DNA from: a virus
Strand: one strand, 5' to 3'
Length of the DNA stretch: 64,000 nucleotides
IMG/VR virus record: IMGVR_UViG_3300009701_000004
Span: 1-64,000 of that record
Part shown: positions 46,006 to 55,938 of the stretch, piece after piece
Layout: each line of letters opens with the position of its first letter
How positions within the stretch are numbered: the stretch's first letter is position 1
Program-made: the position numbers and the translations under genes
Notes under the pieces: generated by a model
Database searches by the model: none
Told to the model about the DNA's origin: nothing
Seen by the model: the letters and a program-made list of their open reading frames with translations, nothing else

Positions 46006-46058
46006 GTTTACTTTTTTGGTATAAGTATATTACAAAGAACACTTCGGGAGAAATTTGT

Positions 46059-46388
46059 ATGTATACTTTAACGATGGTTTACTTCATTTTCACAATGACG
46101 GGTCAGATTCTTACGGTATTTGGAGGAATTTTAGATGCCCTCTTAGCTAAAACTCCAGAAATGCCTAAAATAATTGTCAACCTCCTTAGCCCTACGGGAT
46201 ACTTGAGAAAGGCCTTTAGGCCGGTTAACAACATGTCTGCATTGATAGGGGCAATATTGGGTCATACTGTGGCGGGGTTAGCATTGGCATACTGGTTTTC
46301 GCACTACATAGGGGCTACGTTTGCATACGTGTACTTGACCTTTATTGTATATCACATATACAAAACTGTAGTGACTTATAAAAAGTAG
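46059..46388 (+). CDS. small multi-pass membrane protein (start moved to ATG46059)
   Basis: TGGTATAAG at 46017-46025; SD GGGAG; three hydrophobic segments. Confidence 0.7.
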   Translation: MYTLTMVYFIFTMTGQILTVFGGILDALLAKTPEMPKIIVNLLSPTGYLRKAFRPVNNMSALIGAILGHTVAGLALAYWFSHYIGATFAYVYLTFIVYHIYKTVVTYKK

Positions 46389-46393
46389 TAATA

Positions 46394-46426
46394 AAAAGCC
46401 CAGATTAATCTGGGCTTTTCTTTTTA
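46394..46426. terminator. bidirectional terminator
   Basis: AAAAGCCCAGA/TCTGGGCTTTT. Confidence 0.85.
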
Positions 46427-46429
46427 GTA

Positions 46430-47608
46430 TTAACCTATGGTAATAGGAGTATTTTCTTTAATCTTACCTTCTTTAAGAGCTTCTAAAGCTTCTTCCTCGG
46501 TTTTAAAATTAACAACTTTTTGGGATTCGTCAGGCTCTGTCATGTACATACTGCCTATAATAGCTTCGTGACCCGGGGAAACGATAGAATTATTTAAACC
46601 CTTTCGATAATCGTGTATATGGTGCATAGGCAGAAGTTTAGTCTTAGCCTCCTCTACCGCTTCGGGTGTCATAGGAACCTGTGTAGTCAAAGCGTCACCG
46701 TCGTAGTCACCAGCATACATGGGTAAGTGTAACGGATTGAGGCCAATAGTGTTACCCTTGATAGGTACTGGATAGTGGGCAGTAATATTGGTCCTCATCA
46801 AGGTTGGGGCCCGGTTTAACAGGATAGGAATCTGCTTAATAACCTTGTTGAAGGAAGCTTGGGCTGACGGGTTACGGTCTGCAACTGCTTTTTTAGCTGA
46901 AACATAGTCAAAGCCACTTTTAACCAAATCCCGCAGAATATGAAATTCGTACATACTCCACAGCATGTCAATAGGGATTGCAGCTTCATTAAATCCCAGA
47001 TTGGGTTCGGCGTAAATCGTCCCGCGCCCAGAGAAATCTAATTTCTTACTTAGGAGCTTAGAGTGGAAGAATCCCCCCTTTGGTCCAAGGTTACCCCCTA
47101 CCTGCTTGATATAGCCCTTTAGAGACGCTCCGCGGCTTGACCCCGCTATGGCATCACCCAGCCCGAAAATCGCCTTAGCGCCGTTATAGAGGGCTCTACG
47201 CTCGCTTATAAGTTGACTGGCAGGGAGGTATTGGATATTGTCTTTGAAGGGTTGGTTGACCAACATGTGGTCTTTGTATAGATTATTTACGTCAGCATAC
47301 TTCACACTTTGGTTCCCCATAACGGTAACCGGGCGGGTTATAGGAGGGGCTACGGGCATATTGTGGATAACATACGCCTCTTGAGGTTCAAGACCGCTTT
47401 TCTCCAATCCCGCCAAGAATTTTAATCGCTTTATTAAAGCATCTTTTTTGGAAGGAGATTTAGTAGCTTGAATCTCTTTTTTTAGACTCTCTATCTGTTT
47501 AGGTACTTTAACCTCTCCTAAGAGTTGTTCAAAGGCAGGTCCTCCCACAACTAAGGAATCGAGGGAGTCCGGGTTTATATCAGGTATTTTCTCTTTAGTA
47601 TTTGCCAT
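46430..47608 (-). CDS. RNA polymerase beta' subunit, catalytic middle part
   Basis: PVAPPITRP, LLSKKLDFSGRGTI, LLNRAPTL and YAGDYDGD (DxDGD metal-binding loop). Confidence 0.92.
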   Translation of the reverse strand: MANTKEKIPDINPDSLDSLVVGGPAFEQLLGEVKVPKQIESLKKEIQATKSPSKKDALIKRLKFLAGLEKSGLEPQEAYVIHNMPVAPPITRPVTVMGNQSVKYADVNNLYKDHMLVNQPFKDNIQYLPASQLISERRALYNGAKAIFGLGDAIAGSSRGASLKGYIKQVGGNLGPKGGFFHSKLLSKKLDFSGRGTIYAEPNLGFNEAAIPIDMLWSMYEFHILRDLVKSGFDYVSAKKAVADRNPSAQASFNKVIKQIPILLNRAPTLMRTNITAHYPVPIKGNTIGLNPLHLPMYAGDYDGDALTTQVPMTPEAVEEAKTKLLPMHHIHDYRKGLNNSIVSPGHEAIIGSMYMTEPDESQKVVNFKTEEEALEALKEGKIKENTPITIG

Positions 47609-47684
47609 AAAGATATTTTAGCATTCATATAAAGAAAAAGCCACGTTTATACGTGGCTCTAAACTTATAAGGTTTAACTACCTA

Positions 47685-48488
47685 TTATTGTTCGTCAATA
47701 TTGATCAAGAAATCAATCTTAGCAGAGGTAACGATATTGGTAGATGCACTCCCCGTGAAACTTACCTTCAATCCACCGTTGGTCGCGTCCGCCGTTACTG
47801 CCAATGCCCATGCCGAAGCGCCAGAATCCTGAGCCACCATAGTCGGAGATACCGCAGCAACCATTGCAGTGGCAGCAGCATTTGCACCACGTTTGATAGC
47901 ACCTGTAAATGTCCAATAGCTAGTATTACCAGTTAAAGTATCACGGGCAATAACTTTACCTGCAAAACCTGCCGAAGAGTTATTAGGCAAAATCAATTGA
48001 TTGTTAAGACCTGCAGCATTACCATCCAAAGTTAAAACCTTAGCAGTAGCATTAGTAGTAAGGCCAGTCAACATATAAGACTGGTTCGATTGAGGAAACA
48101 AACCGTAATACCCCAAAGAGTAGTACCCCAGGCCAGACCAGGTAGTACGACCGTCACCAATCTTGACATTGAAAGTATCTGTTTCCAGACCAATTTGACC
48201 AACAGCCAGAGTAAAAGAAGCTCCAACGGAAGTCCAACCAGCGGCAGTATTTTCCAATACTTGGATACGTGTTGGTAGAGCATTTTTGGTAACAACGACA
48301 TCCGCCAGAGACCAACCGGTGATAGTCAAAGTACCATTAGATAAAGCAGAATAAACGTTAGCAAAGCTAATCAGCGACGCTGGCAATGTGATTGAACTGG
48401 ACGGGGCAATATTATACACATCCCCGTTAATATCATTAACGGTCATCGCGGCTGTAGAGCTTAAGTTGTTAAGGGTTGCAATTTGCAT
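47685..48488 (-). CDS. fibre-like protein with an Mtd_N/hyaluronidase N-terminal-like motif
   Basis: GQIGLETDTFNVKIGDGRTTWSGL. Confidence 0.65.
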   Translation of the reverse strand: MQIATLNNLSSTAAMTVNDINGDVYNIAPSSSITLPASLISFANVYSALSNGTLTITGWSLADVVVTKNALPTRIQVLENTAAGWTSVGASFTLAVGQIGLETDTFNVKIGDGRTTWSGLGYYSLGYYGLFPQSNQSYMLTGLTTNATAKVLTLDGNAAGLNNQLILPNNSSAGFAGKVIARDTLTGNTSYWTFTGAIKRGANAAATAMVAAVSPTMVAQDSGASAWALAVTADATNGGLKVSFTGSASTNIVTSAKIDFLINIDEQ

Positions 48489-48592
48489 TTGAATTCCTAT
48501 AAAGGGTTATTTTATTACCATTACTACCGTATCACCTCAAGGGACTACGATAGGAAAAAATCTTTGTATGTCTATATTTTAACGTATAGATA

Positions 48593-49024
48593 CTACGAGA
48601 AGAACAGCTTAACAGTACAGTACTGTTCCAACACCGTTGGAGGAGTTGAAAGTATAGTAGTTATTAATTCCGTTGTTACTGCTGTTACTGGAACGCTAAT
48701 AGTCCCTAGTCCAGGAGTTGCAGCCCCGTTGATATACGAAAGAGCTGCTATAGTTTCAGGGCTAGAAAGGTCTATCCAATTTCTCACCATCATATTTCTT
48801 AAGAGTGCATGTAAAGTAGCATCTGGATTGGATAGAACCCCTAACCACGCTGGCCCAAACCTGTCTATAAAAGACCCCTTATCTATAAACCAAGTATAGT
48901 CTATAGTAGATGTCGAATTTGCAGGAGGAGTGTCTACGATAGTTATAACTTGATCCTGACCATTGTTACCCCCCTGAGAGGCAGTTCCTTGGGCTTTCAC
49001 ACCCTCTATGTTAATTATCGTCAT
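48593..49024 (-). CDS. putative tail fibre assembly/accessory protein
   Basis: Small gene coupled directly after a fibre gene. Confidence 0.45.
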   Translation of the reverse strand: MTIINIEGVKAQGTASQGGNNGQDQVITIVDTPPANSTSTIDYTWFIDKGSFIDRFGPAWLGVLSNPDATLHALLRNMMVRNWIDLSSPETIAALSYINGAATPGLGTISVPVTAVTTELITTILSTPPTVLEQYCTVKLFFS

Positions 49025-51633
49025 TATCTAACCTTTACAAAGTAATTTGCAGTGCCAGCGGGGATGAATACCGCAGGAACTGGAGTAGGATTTACCGATG
49101 TTACCGTATATTGAGTAGTATAAGTATTGGCAAGTCCCGTAGGAGTATAATCCGACCCTATATACAGATAAACTGGAGATATTGTAAATGTTCCATTATT
49201 CGGGGTAAGCATCAATGCGTTTCTAGAAGTAGTATTAGCTGCTAAAGCATCGGCTAAAAAATAAGACCCATTATTAGATACTACCCTACGTAATCCTGGG
49301 GGAGTTCCCCAAGGGACATTAACAGGGGATATGCCTGTTAATGTGATGTTAGAAACTACATATCCGTTTACGATCAACTGTAGTGGGCCATAAGGATTTA
49401 ACTTCCAAACATTTAAAACTAAATTTGAACCGCTAGTATATAGAACGGCCAAGTAAGAAGATCCATTGTATACTATTTCCCAGAGGCCGAAATATGGGGA
49501 ACTAGTAGATATTAAAGTTACCGCAGTATTGCCAGTAGCTATTTGAACATAATAGCTGCTAGTGGATTCTACCCCGGTAGCTAGTACCATCCCATTACTT
49601 AATACATCTACTGAGGTAACAGCCCCATATCTACCCGCCCCACCGCATGCAAAACTAATTAGAGGGGAAGGGGTTCCTGTCAACGTAGTATTTGTGTTTA
49701 CTACCCCTGAATACGTAGTTACTGAAGAGTCGAGGGCAATGCAGGGAGAAGCGTAAACGTATGCATTATATAAACTACTCCACTTAGGAATGCTAGGAGC
49801 AGATCCTGGCAAATTAGTAGTTCCAGAACTATAAGATCCACTTGAACCAGCACTACTTGCTGAGCTAGGCAAATTACCAACATAAGTTAAACTGGTCCCG
49901 TTAAAACTAAAAATAGGAGTAAAGTTAAAAGAGAAGTTGTTTATAGCAGACCACACATATCCGACCCAATTAATAGCCGTACCTGTAGAATTAAGTCTGC
50001 CCGCGCTTATTGCCATCATATTGGTTCCGCTTCCACTGACATTACACGCTATTGCCGAAGTAGTAGCAGAAAGTACGGCAGGAACTGGGCAAGAAAATGT
50101 GGTGAAAGACGAGTTTATTTTGAACAGATACATGGCCATCTGGTTCCATCCTCCGCCAGTATATTGAACCATTATACTAGCAGCAGCGTAATACGACCCT
50201 CCTAGATAGGATACTCCTCCCCATACTTGAGATTGAGGAAGTGTTGTCGAATAGTAAGTATTAGTATTGGGGAATTGCAAACTCGTTGTAATACCCGTGG
50301 TACAAGTTGCCCCGCTGCTTACAATTAACCATCCATTGGATCTCGCGGTACTTCCTAACAGTATATTGCTAATTTGGTTAGCGTATATTGTTATCAAATT
50401 ACCGTTTAACCAAATAGATTTAGCAGTGCCCAGATTGGTGCTTAAAGCATCCACAAACTCAATTTGTGCAGAAGTCATAATGTTGCTACTTGCAGTGTTA
50501 TAACTGGCACCGTAATAGAAATTATGAGTTATGCCTGAACTGGTGAAAAGGATACCTACATTAGTGCCGGTATCTACGATATCTATATTGCTGCTCTGGG
50601 CATTAACCGAGGTATTTGTTGCAGCACCACTGTAGTAATTAGTCCACGCTGCTGTAGCCAAAGTACCTGTGGTACTCACAACTGTATACGCCCCTGTAGT
50701 TGAAGTATTGGTAGCGGTAACTGCTAGGTAGTACAAGCCTGTGCGGGCAGAGTAAAATACCTGCTTAATAATGGCACTTGTCAACCCAGTAGTTGAAGTA
50801 GTTGCAGTAAAGGAAGTGCCGTTATTAGTACTTTTTAAGGTAGTATCATTAGAACATCCAACCAATATCTCAGTAGATGCTCCTGAACCCGCCCCTTGAC
50901 AAATACTTGTAGCAGGTGCTGCTGCGGAAGTATTCTCTATAACCGTAGTCCACGAAGTTAGATTAGAAGATGAACTTATCCTGTAACCTGTTCCGGTAGT
51001 ACTCCCACCGATTGCGTACCAAATTGAGTTGAGATAAGTAAGCTTCCTGTATCCATTAACAACTGAAAGATTAGGCAAATAATAATAGGTAAGTCCAGCA
51101 AAAGTATTTAAGTTAGTTACAGATATAATAGTTCCATTGGCTTCAAGGAAATACCACGCACCAGTTGTAGAATTATAGTATACGTCTGCTATGACCAGCC
51201 CTGCGCAGGGGGTTATTTGAACAAACGGGGTATAATTAACTAAGTCAGTTGTACTAATAAAACCTATAGTATTGTTAACATCATTTGCGCTAAAAAAGTA
51301 ATAGGTAGATCCTACGTACAACCCCCTAGTACTCATGTATAGTGCAGGATTAGTAGTAGGTATTAATCCCGAATAGTTTCCAGAAGTAACGACATTTGCC
51401 GCCATTTGAAAAGGCAGTAAATTAGTCTGTGTAGAGGTCATTATCAAGTCATTTGTCGTTGCCGCCAACACAGGATTACAACTAGAAGCCGGAATTATAG
51501 TCGGAGTGGTAGAATTTACATATAATTCGTTAGACGAAGTAGTAAAAGAACTTTGTGTAGACAAAGCTGGCATAGGAATAGATGCACCTACCGGATAGCT
51601 TCCCCCGCCCAAAAATTGTGATATATTGCTCAT
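49024..51633 (-). CDS. tail fibre/receptor-binding protein, beta-propeller-like
   Basis: MSNISQFLGGG..PVGA start; S.N..SW and STNNGTSF BNR-like repeats. Confidence 0.6.
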   Translation of the reverse strand: MSNISQFLGGGSYPVGASIPMPALSTQSSFTTSSNELYVNSTTPTIIPASSCNPVLAATTNDLIMTSTQTNLLPFQMAANVVTSGNYSGLIPTTNPALYMSTRGLYVGSTYYFFSANDVNNTIGFISTTDLVNYTPFVQITPCAGLVIADVYYNSTTGAWYFLEANGTIISVTNLNTFAGLTYYYLPNLSVVNGYRKLTYLNSIWYAIGGSTTGTGYRISSSSNLTSWTTVIENTSAAAPATSICQGAGSGASTEILVGCSNDTTLKSTNNGTSFTATTSTTGLTSAIIKQVFYSARTGLYYLAVTATNTSTTGAYTVVSTTGTLATAAWTNYYSGAATNTSVNAQSSNIDIVDTGTNVGILFTSSGITHNFYYGASYNTASSNIMTSAQIEFVDALSTNLGTAKSIWLNGNLITIYANQISNILLGSTARSNGWLIVSSGATCTTGITTSLQFPNTNTYYSTTLPQSQVWGGVSYLGGSYYAAASIMVQYTGGGWNQMAMYLFKINSSFTTFSCPVPAVLSATTSAIACNVSGSGTNMMAISAGRLNSTGTAINWVGYVWSAINNFSFNFTPIFSFNGTSLTYVGNLPSSASSAGSSGSYSSGTTNLPGSAPSIPKWSSLYNAYVYASPCIALDSSVTTYSGVVNTNTTLTGTPSPLISFACGGAGRYGAVTSVDVLSNGMVLATGVESTSSYYVQIATGNTAVTLISTSSPYFGLWEIVYNGSSYLAVLYTSGSNLVLNVWKLNPYGPLQLIVNGYVVSNITLTGISPVNVPWGTPPGLRRVVSNNGSYFLADALAANTTSRNALMLTPNNGTFTISPVYLYIGSDYTPTGLANTYTTQYTVTSVNPTPVPAVFIPAGTANYFVKVR

Positions 51634-51634
51634 A

Positions 51635-54535
51635 TTATGTTATTTTCCATCCTTGAATCGAATCTATGTAAGTCATTCTAAAAGTTATGTCGTTGACTCC
51701 TACGGTCATACTTTGTGCCAAGCCCATTATGTTACTACCATTATTGCCCACAGTCAAATTGTTAGTACTGAAAGTTCCTGCATAATCGCAAATATCCACC
51801 CATTGGTTAGTGGTAGGATTCGCTGGTAAGTTAAGAACAATTGGGCTAGAAGTAGTATTTACCATATACCCGGTCCACGCACTTGCCGTAGTATTAGCGG
51901 TAATTACGCTCCAAGCAGTAATAGGGGAAATGCCTTGAGTAATTAAATCATTGGACGCTATTAAAACGTTAGTACCATCGCAGATTAAATCCAGGGTTTT
52001 GCCCTGAGTAATTGTAACCCCAGAACCGCCTGTTGGTGCTAATGTTAAGGTGTACGCTCCCGAAGTAAAGTTTTCAACTGTGAATGCCTTGGAGGTAGCC
52101 GGTATAGTTACAATTATATTACCTGTCAACGCCCCTGTAAATGTTAATATTCTAGGTCTGATCTGAGGGGTCGTCAAAGTAACATTAGAATTACCTGCAA
52201 CATTAATGGTAGTTTGTCCATTAATAAAAATGTTGGCCCCGTATGGGGTCAAAGCATCCATTATAGCTATCCAGGACGATCCTCCATTAACTAGGATTAG
52301 GCTTTCCCCGGTAACTAGAATATAGGTACTAAGATTTACTCCGTTTGCACTTGTAATAGTGTCAGAGCCATTAGATATAACACTACCTCCGTAGTTACCC
52401 CCCATTATGGAAACTGTTGATCCTATGGGGCAACTAGCCAAAGGTGGTAAAGTTAAAGTTAGGCTAGCAGCATAAAATAAAAACCAGTTATTCATCTGAG
52501 TAACATTAATGCTGGCGGAAGCCGTAACAATTTGACCCGCGGTTCCTGGAAGAGAGAAGCCGTTATTTTTAACAAAAGCAGTTGTAGCTAATCTTGTGGA
52601 ATTATCAAATTGAGCAGGAGTAGTCCAATTAGGCCCGCTAAATACAGAAGTATACGGGAGTGCGGCACTACCTCCAGAAGCAGTCCAGAGATTACTAGTA
52701 GTTTGAGCAGTAATTATAAGCTCATCATACTTGTTTAGCACCAATATATTGCTACCTATAACTGTGTTATCACTACCTGCACATTGTAAAGTTAATGCAT
52801 ACGGCGTCAGATTTTGAATGATCATATTTTCACCACCGCTCATAGTAGATATAAGAGGTAATGTAAATGTAGCAGGGGCAGTTCCAGTGTAAGTAATCAA
52901 ATACCCGGTTTGAGCTGCGGTAAGAGTTTGTGAAGAAGTGTAGGTAACTTGTCCTGCAAAATTACCTGCGCCAACTGCAATTCCGGCTTGGGCAACAATA
53001 CCCCAATAAGTTGCATTAGGAGGTACTTGATTTGTGTTGGGGGAAATACAAATATAGCTTGAGCCATTCAACGCAACTTCATCGTTTAAGTTATACGCTG
53101 TAGAACTGGACCAATTACCTTTCCATTGATTCCAACCCGATCCTGGAACTCCGGCCAGCGCTAATTGCCAACTAGCATATGTACCTGAACCCCCTGTAGA
53201 AACTACGTTTACAGTCATAGCTCCGGTCGTGGAGTTATACGAAGAAACATTGCCCGTCATATAATTGGCGTTATTGACCGTACTGGCGATGATAACCCAT
53301 TGAGGGGCTGAAAATTGAAGGCCAGTCTGAGTGGTAAAAGATCTAGTTCCCGCACCGATAGTTAAGCTAGTCGTGCTGGTTCCATTGTAAGTAGTGCCTG
53401 AAGCACTTAATGCAGCAGCGGCAGCAGACGCGGCAGCAGCGGCAGCACTCGCCCCGGCAGCAGCATTATTAACCATTAAATACCAATACCCATTTGCAAT
53501 ATCAACAGATAAAGTACCGGAAGTATGTGGAACTAAGCATTGATAGATATTGCCTGTGCCTGCAAAGTCTTTTACTGTATCATTTAAATTGTAAACAGTA
53601 GCAGTGGTCCAGTTACCTCTATTATCGATACCCTGAGTCATCAGGCTCCAGTAGGCATTATTAGGAGGAGGCTCATTAGTGTTTGTAGCTATACATAACC
53701 AAGCAGAACCGTTGTAGTTTACTCCAGTAAACGGTTGGTAAGTGGTCATGCTTGACCACGCCCCGTCCCAGTTCCAGCTTGTACCAACGAGTCCCGAAAG
53801 GGCAATACTCCAAGTAGAAATAGAACCGCTACCCCCGTATTGAGATACATTAACTGTCAATAGTCCACTACTAGGTTGATAAGAAGTTACTTGGCCAAAC
53901 ATGTAGTTTGTGGAATTAGCAGTATCTGCAATAATAACGTACTGCGGATACGCATACAGCATGTTCGTCTGGGTCGTTAAAGAAACGCTGCCAGTATGAG
54001 GAGTAAGAGTGGTGGTACTCGTACCCGTTACAGAAGTAAGAGATGCAGCGGCTTCGGCTTGAGCAGCACTTGCAGCAGCTTGAGAAGCACTAACGGCGGC
54101 TAAAACCCCATTAGAAGATACGACTGCGGCACTACTTACGATACCAGTATTACCTACCAATTGCCAGTAAGTATTATTACCTGGAGAAGTAGGGGGGGAT
54201 TGGTTAGTATTTGCGACTAAACAGATGTAGGTGTAGCCATCGAAATTGACTACATCATTAACCACATAAGCCCAATTATTAACCCATGTACCTTTATACT
54301 GATTCCAGCCTGGGCCAGCAATAAGAGAGGCTAGAACATTATCATAGTCCCCTTCAGTATTAATCCAGTAAATGCAATTAACCTCCCCGTTGGCTACAAG
54401 AGGATTTAATGTCGAAGTTTGTATATTAGTATTGGCGATGAGCAACGTACCGCCATTAGCAGGGATTGAAAAGGTCTGACCCTGAGTACTTAAAATGCTT
54501 ACAGGATAACTGGAGGTATTGGTGATAAAGGCCAT
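51635..54535 (-). CDS. long tail fibre protein with carbohydrate-binding-like (CBM5/12) repeats
   Basis: Four W....Y...V....Y.C...T...YW-type repeats, a duplicated 80-aa module, STRLATTAFV. Confidence 0.7.
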   Translation of the reverse strand: MAFITNTSSYPVSILSTQGQTFSIPANGGTLLIANTNIQTSTLNPLVANGEVNCIYWINTEGDYDNVLASLIAGPGWNQYKGTWVNNWAYVVNDVVNFDGYTYICLVANTNQSPPTSPGNNTYWQLVGNTGIVSSAAVVSSNGVLAAVSASQAAASAAQAEAAASLTSVTGTSTTTLTPHTGSVSLTTQTNMLYAYPQYVIIADTANSTNYMFGQVTSYQPSSGLLTVNVSQYGGSGSISTWSIALSGLVGTSWNWDGAWSSMTTYQPFTGVNYNGSAWLCIATNTNEPPPNNAYWSLMTQGIDNRGNWTTATVYNLNDTVKDFAGTGNIYQCLVPHTSGTLSVDIANGYWYLMVNNAAAGASAAAAAASAAAAALSASGTTYNGTSTTSLTIGAGTRSFTTQTGLQFSAPQWVIIASTVNNANYMTGNVSSYNSTTGAMTVNVVSTGGSGTYASWQLALAGVPGSGWNQWKGNWSSSTAYNLNDEVALNGSSYICISPNTNQVPPNATYWGIVAQAGIAVGAGNFAGQVTYTSSQTLTAAQTGYLITYTGTAPATFTLPLISTMSGGENMIIQNLTPYALTLQCAGSDNTVIGSNILVLNKYDELIITAQTTSNLWTASGGSAALPYTSVFSGPNWTTPAQFDNSTRLATTAFVKNNGFSLPGTAGQIVTASASINVTQMNNWFLFYAASLTLTLPPLASCPIGSTVSIMGGNYGGSVISNGSDTITSANGVNLSTYILVTGESLILVNGGSSWIAIMDALTPYGANIFINGQTTINVAGNSNVTLTTPQIRPRILTFTGALTGNIIVTIPATSKAFTVENFTSGAYTLTLAPTGGSGVTITQGKTLDLICDGTNVLIASNDLITQGISPITAWSVITANTTASAWTGYMVNTTSSPIVLNLPANPTTNQWVDICDYAGTFSTNNLTVGNNGSNIMGLAQSMTVGVNDITFRMTYIDSIQGWKIT

Positions 54536-54597
54536 GTTTAGTTTTGATTAAGTATCTATGAGCTTATTTTAGCCGATTAATCAAAACCTACAAAGAC

Positions 54598-55938
54598 TTA
54601 GAACTCTTCAAAACGGTCTTTAGGAGGAATAGTTACTATGTAATTGAAGTAATCCATGAAGCGGGCGGGATTACGCGGGGCTCCGTCAAAACCTATAGTT
54701 AGGAAAACAAAAGAAGTGTAATCTGTACCCGCATCAACGTCGGGGATATTTCCATAATAAGCTATTCCTGCGCTAGAAATATCAGAAGATGATATTGTTT
54801 CTAACAAGGATGCTGGTATAGGCTGGTAGGTGTATTCCTGATCCGATGAAGAACTGGAGTCAGAAATCATAATGATATTACTACTACCTGAAGCAGTTAT
54901 AGAAGATATTACGGAATTTATATCCGTAACTGATAGATTGGCAAAAGTAACTTGTGCGGAGACATCGCTACTCATGGAAGTGTCCACAGATATTGCAGTA
55001 TTAGATAGCGATATTTGATTGGAATCAGAACTTGCACCAGCATCAGAGCTATTCAAATAATATATAACGGTATTATATCCATTATCGGAAACCCCATTAT
55101 TATCAAAAGCAAAATAGATAATAGAAGAACTTGAAGAATATCCATCCGTAACAGTTATAGAATCCGATAATAATTCACTTGACTGCATTGAACCTATAGA
55201 TGTATCAGAACTAGAATCGGTATCAGTAGCATTTACCAATATAGTATTTGCAACTGCCGATTCTGAATCGCTAACAGAATCATTGTCAGTATCAAATATG
55301 ACGAATTGAGGGACGTCTGTAATGGAGTCGCTAGAAGCATTGCTATCCGTATTTGAAACTGTAGTAGTTGTAGTATTAATATCTGAAGACGCATCTGAAT
55401 CTGTCAAATTAGCAGTAGAACTTCCAGTACCTAGAGAAATACTGTCAGCAGAAGCATCGGTTTCTATAACTGAAATAGAAGAGGCCATGCCATCGGTAAT
55501 GGAATCCCCACCAGCATTAGTGTCAGTTAAAGATTTTGGTACGGCCATGGACTCAGTCAGGGAATCGCTGCTTGCATCGCTATCAGTACCGGAATTGATA
55601 TAGGCTAATTGATTTGAGTTGGAATCGCTACTCGCATTAGTATCGGTGGAAGAACTAATAGAAGCCATAGCTTCACTAAAAGAATCAGAACTTGCACCGG
55701 TATCTGTTTGAGTTAATAGCGCAGCCAAGGTTTGAGATAGAGAATCAGAAGACGCTCCAGTATCCGTATTAGATAGCAAATATCCCAATATAAACGTAGT
55801 TGCATCTGAGCTAGAATCTGTGTCCGTAATAGACGCCATAAAAGTCCCTGGTGGAGTAGGGACAAAATTAAACCATGTAACAGTAACGTCTGTTATATAC
55901 GGTTTAAAATTAAGCCAGGTTACAACTACGTCTGACAT
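54598..55938 (-). CDS. Ser/Asp/Thr-rich repetitive virion protein
   Basis: About 20-aa period TDTxASSD repeats. Confidence 0.7.
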   Translation of the reverse strand: MSDVVVTWLNFKPYITDVTVTWFNFVPTPPGTFMASITDTDSSSDATTFILGYLLSNTDTGASSDSLSQTLAALLTQTDTGASSDSFSEAMASISSSTDTNASSDSNSNQLAYINSGTDSDASSDSLTESMAVPKSLTDTNAGGDSITDGMASSISVIETDASADSISLGTGSSTANLTDSDASSDINTTTTTVSNTDSNASSDSITDVPQFVIFDTDNDSVSDSESAVANTILVNATDTDSSSDTSIGSMQSSELLSDSITVTDGYSSSSSIIYFAFDNNGVSDNGYNTVIYYLNSSDAGASSDSNQISLSNTAISVDTSMSSDVSAQVTFANLSVTDINSVISSITASGSSNIIMISDSSSSSDQEYTYQPIPASLLETISSSDISSAGIAYYGNIPDVDAGTDYTSFVFLTIGFDGAPRNPARFMDYFNYIVTIPPKDRFEEF

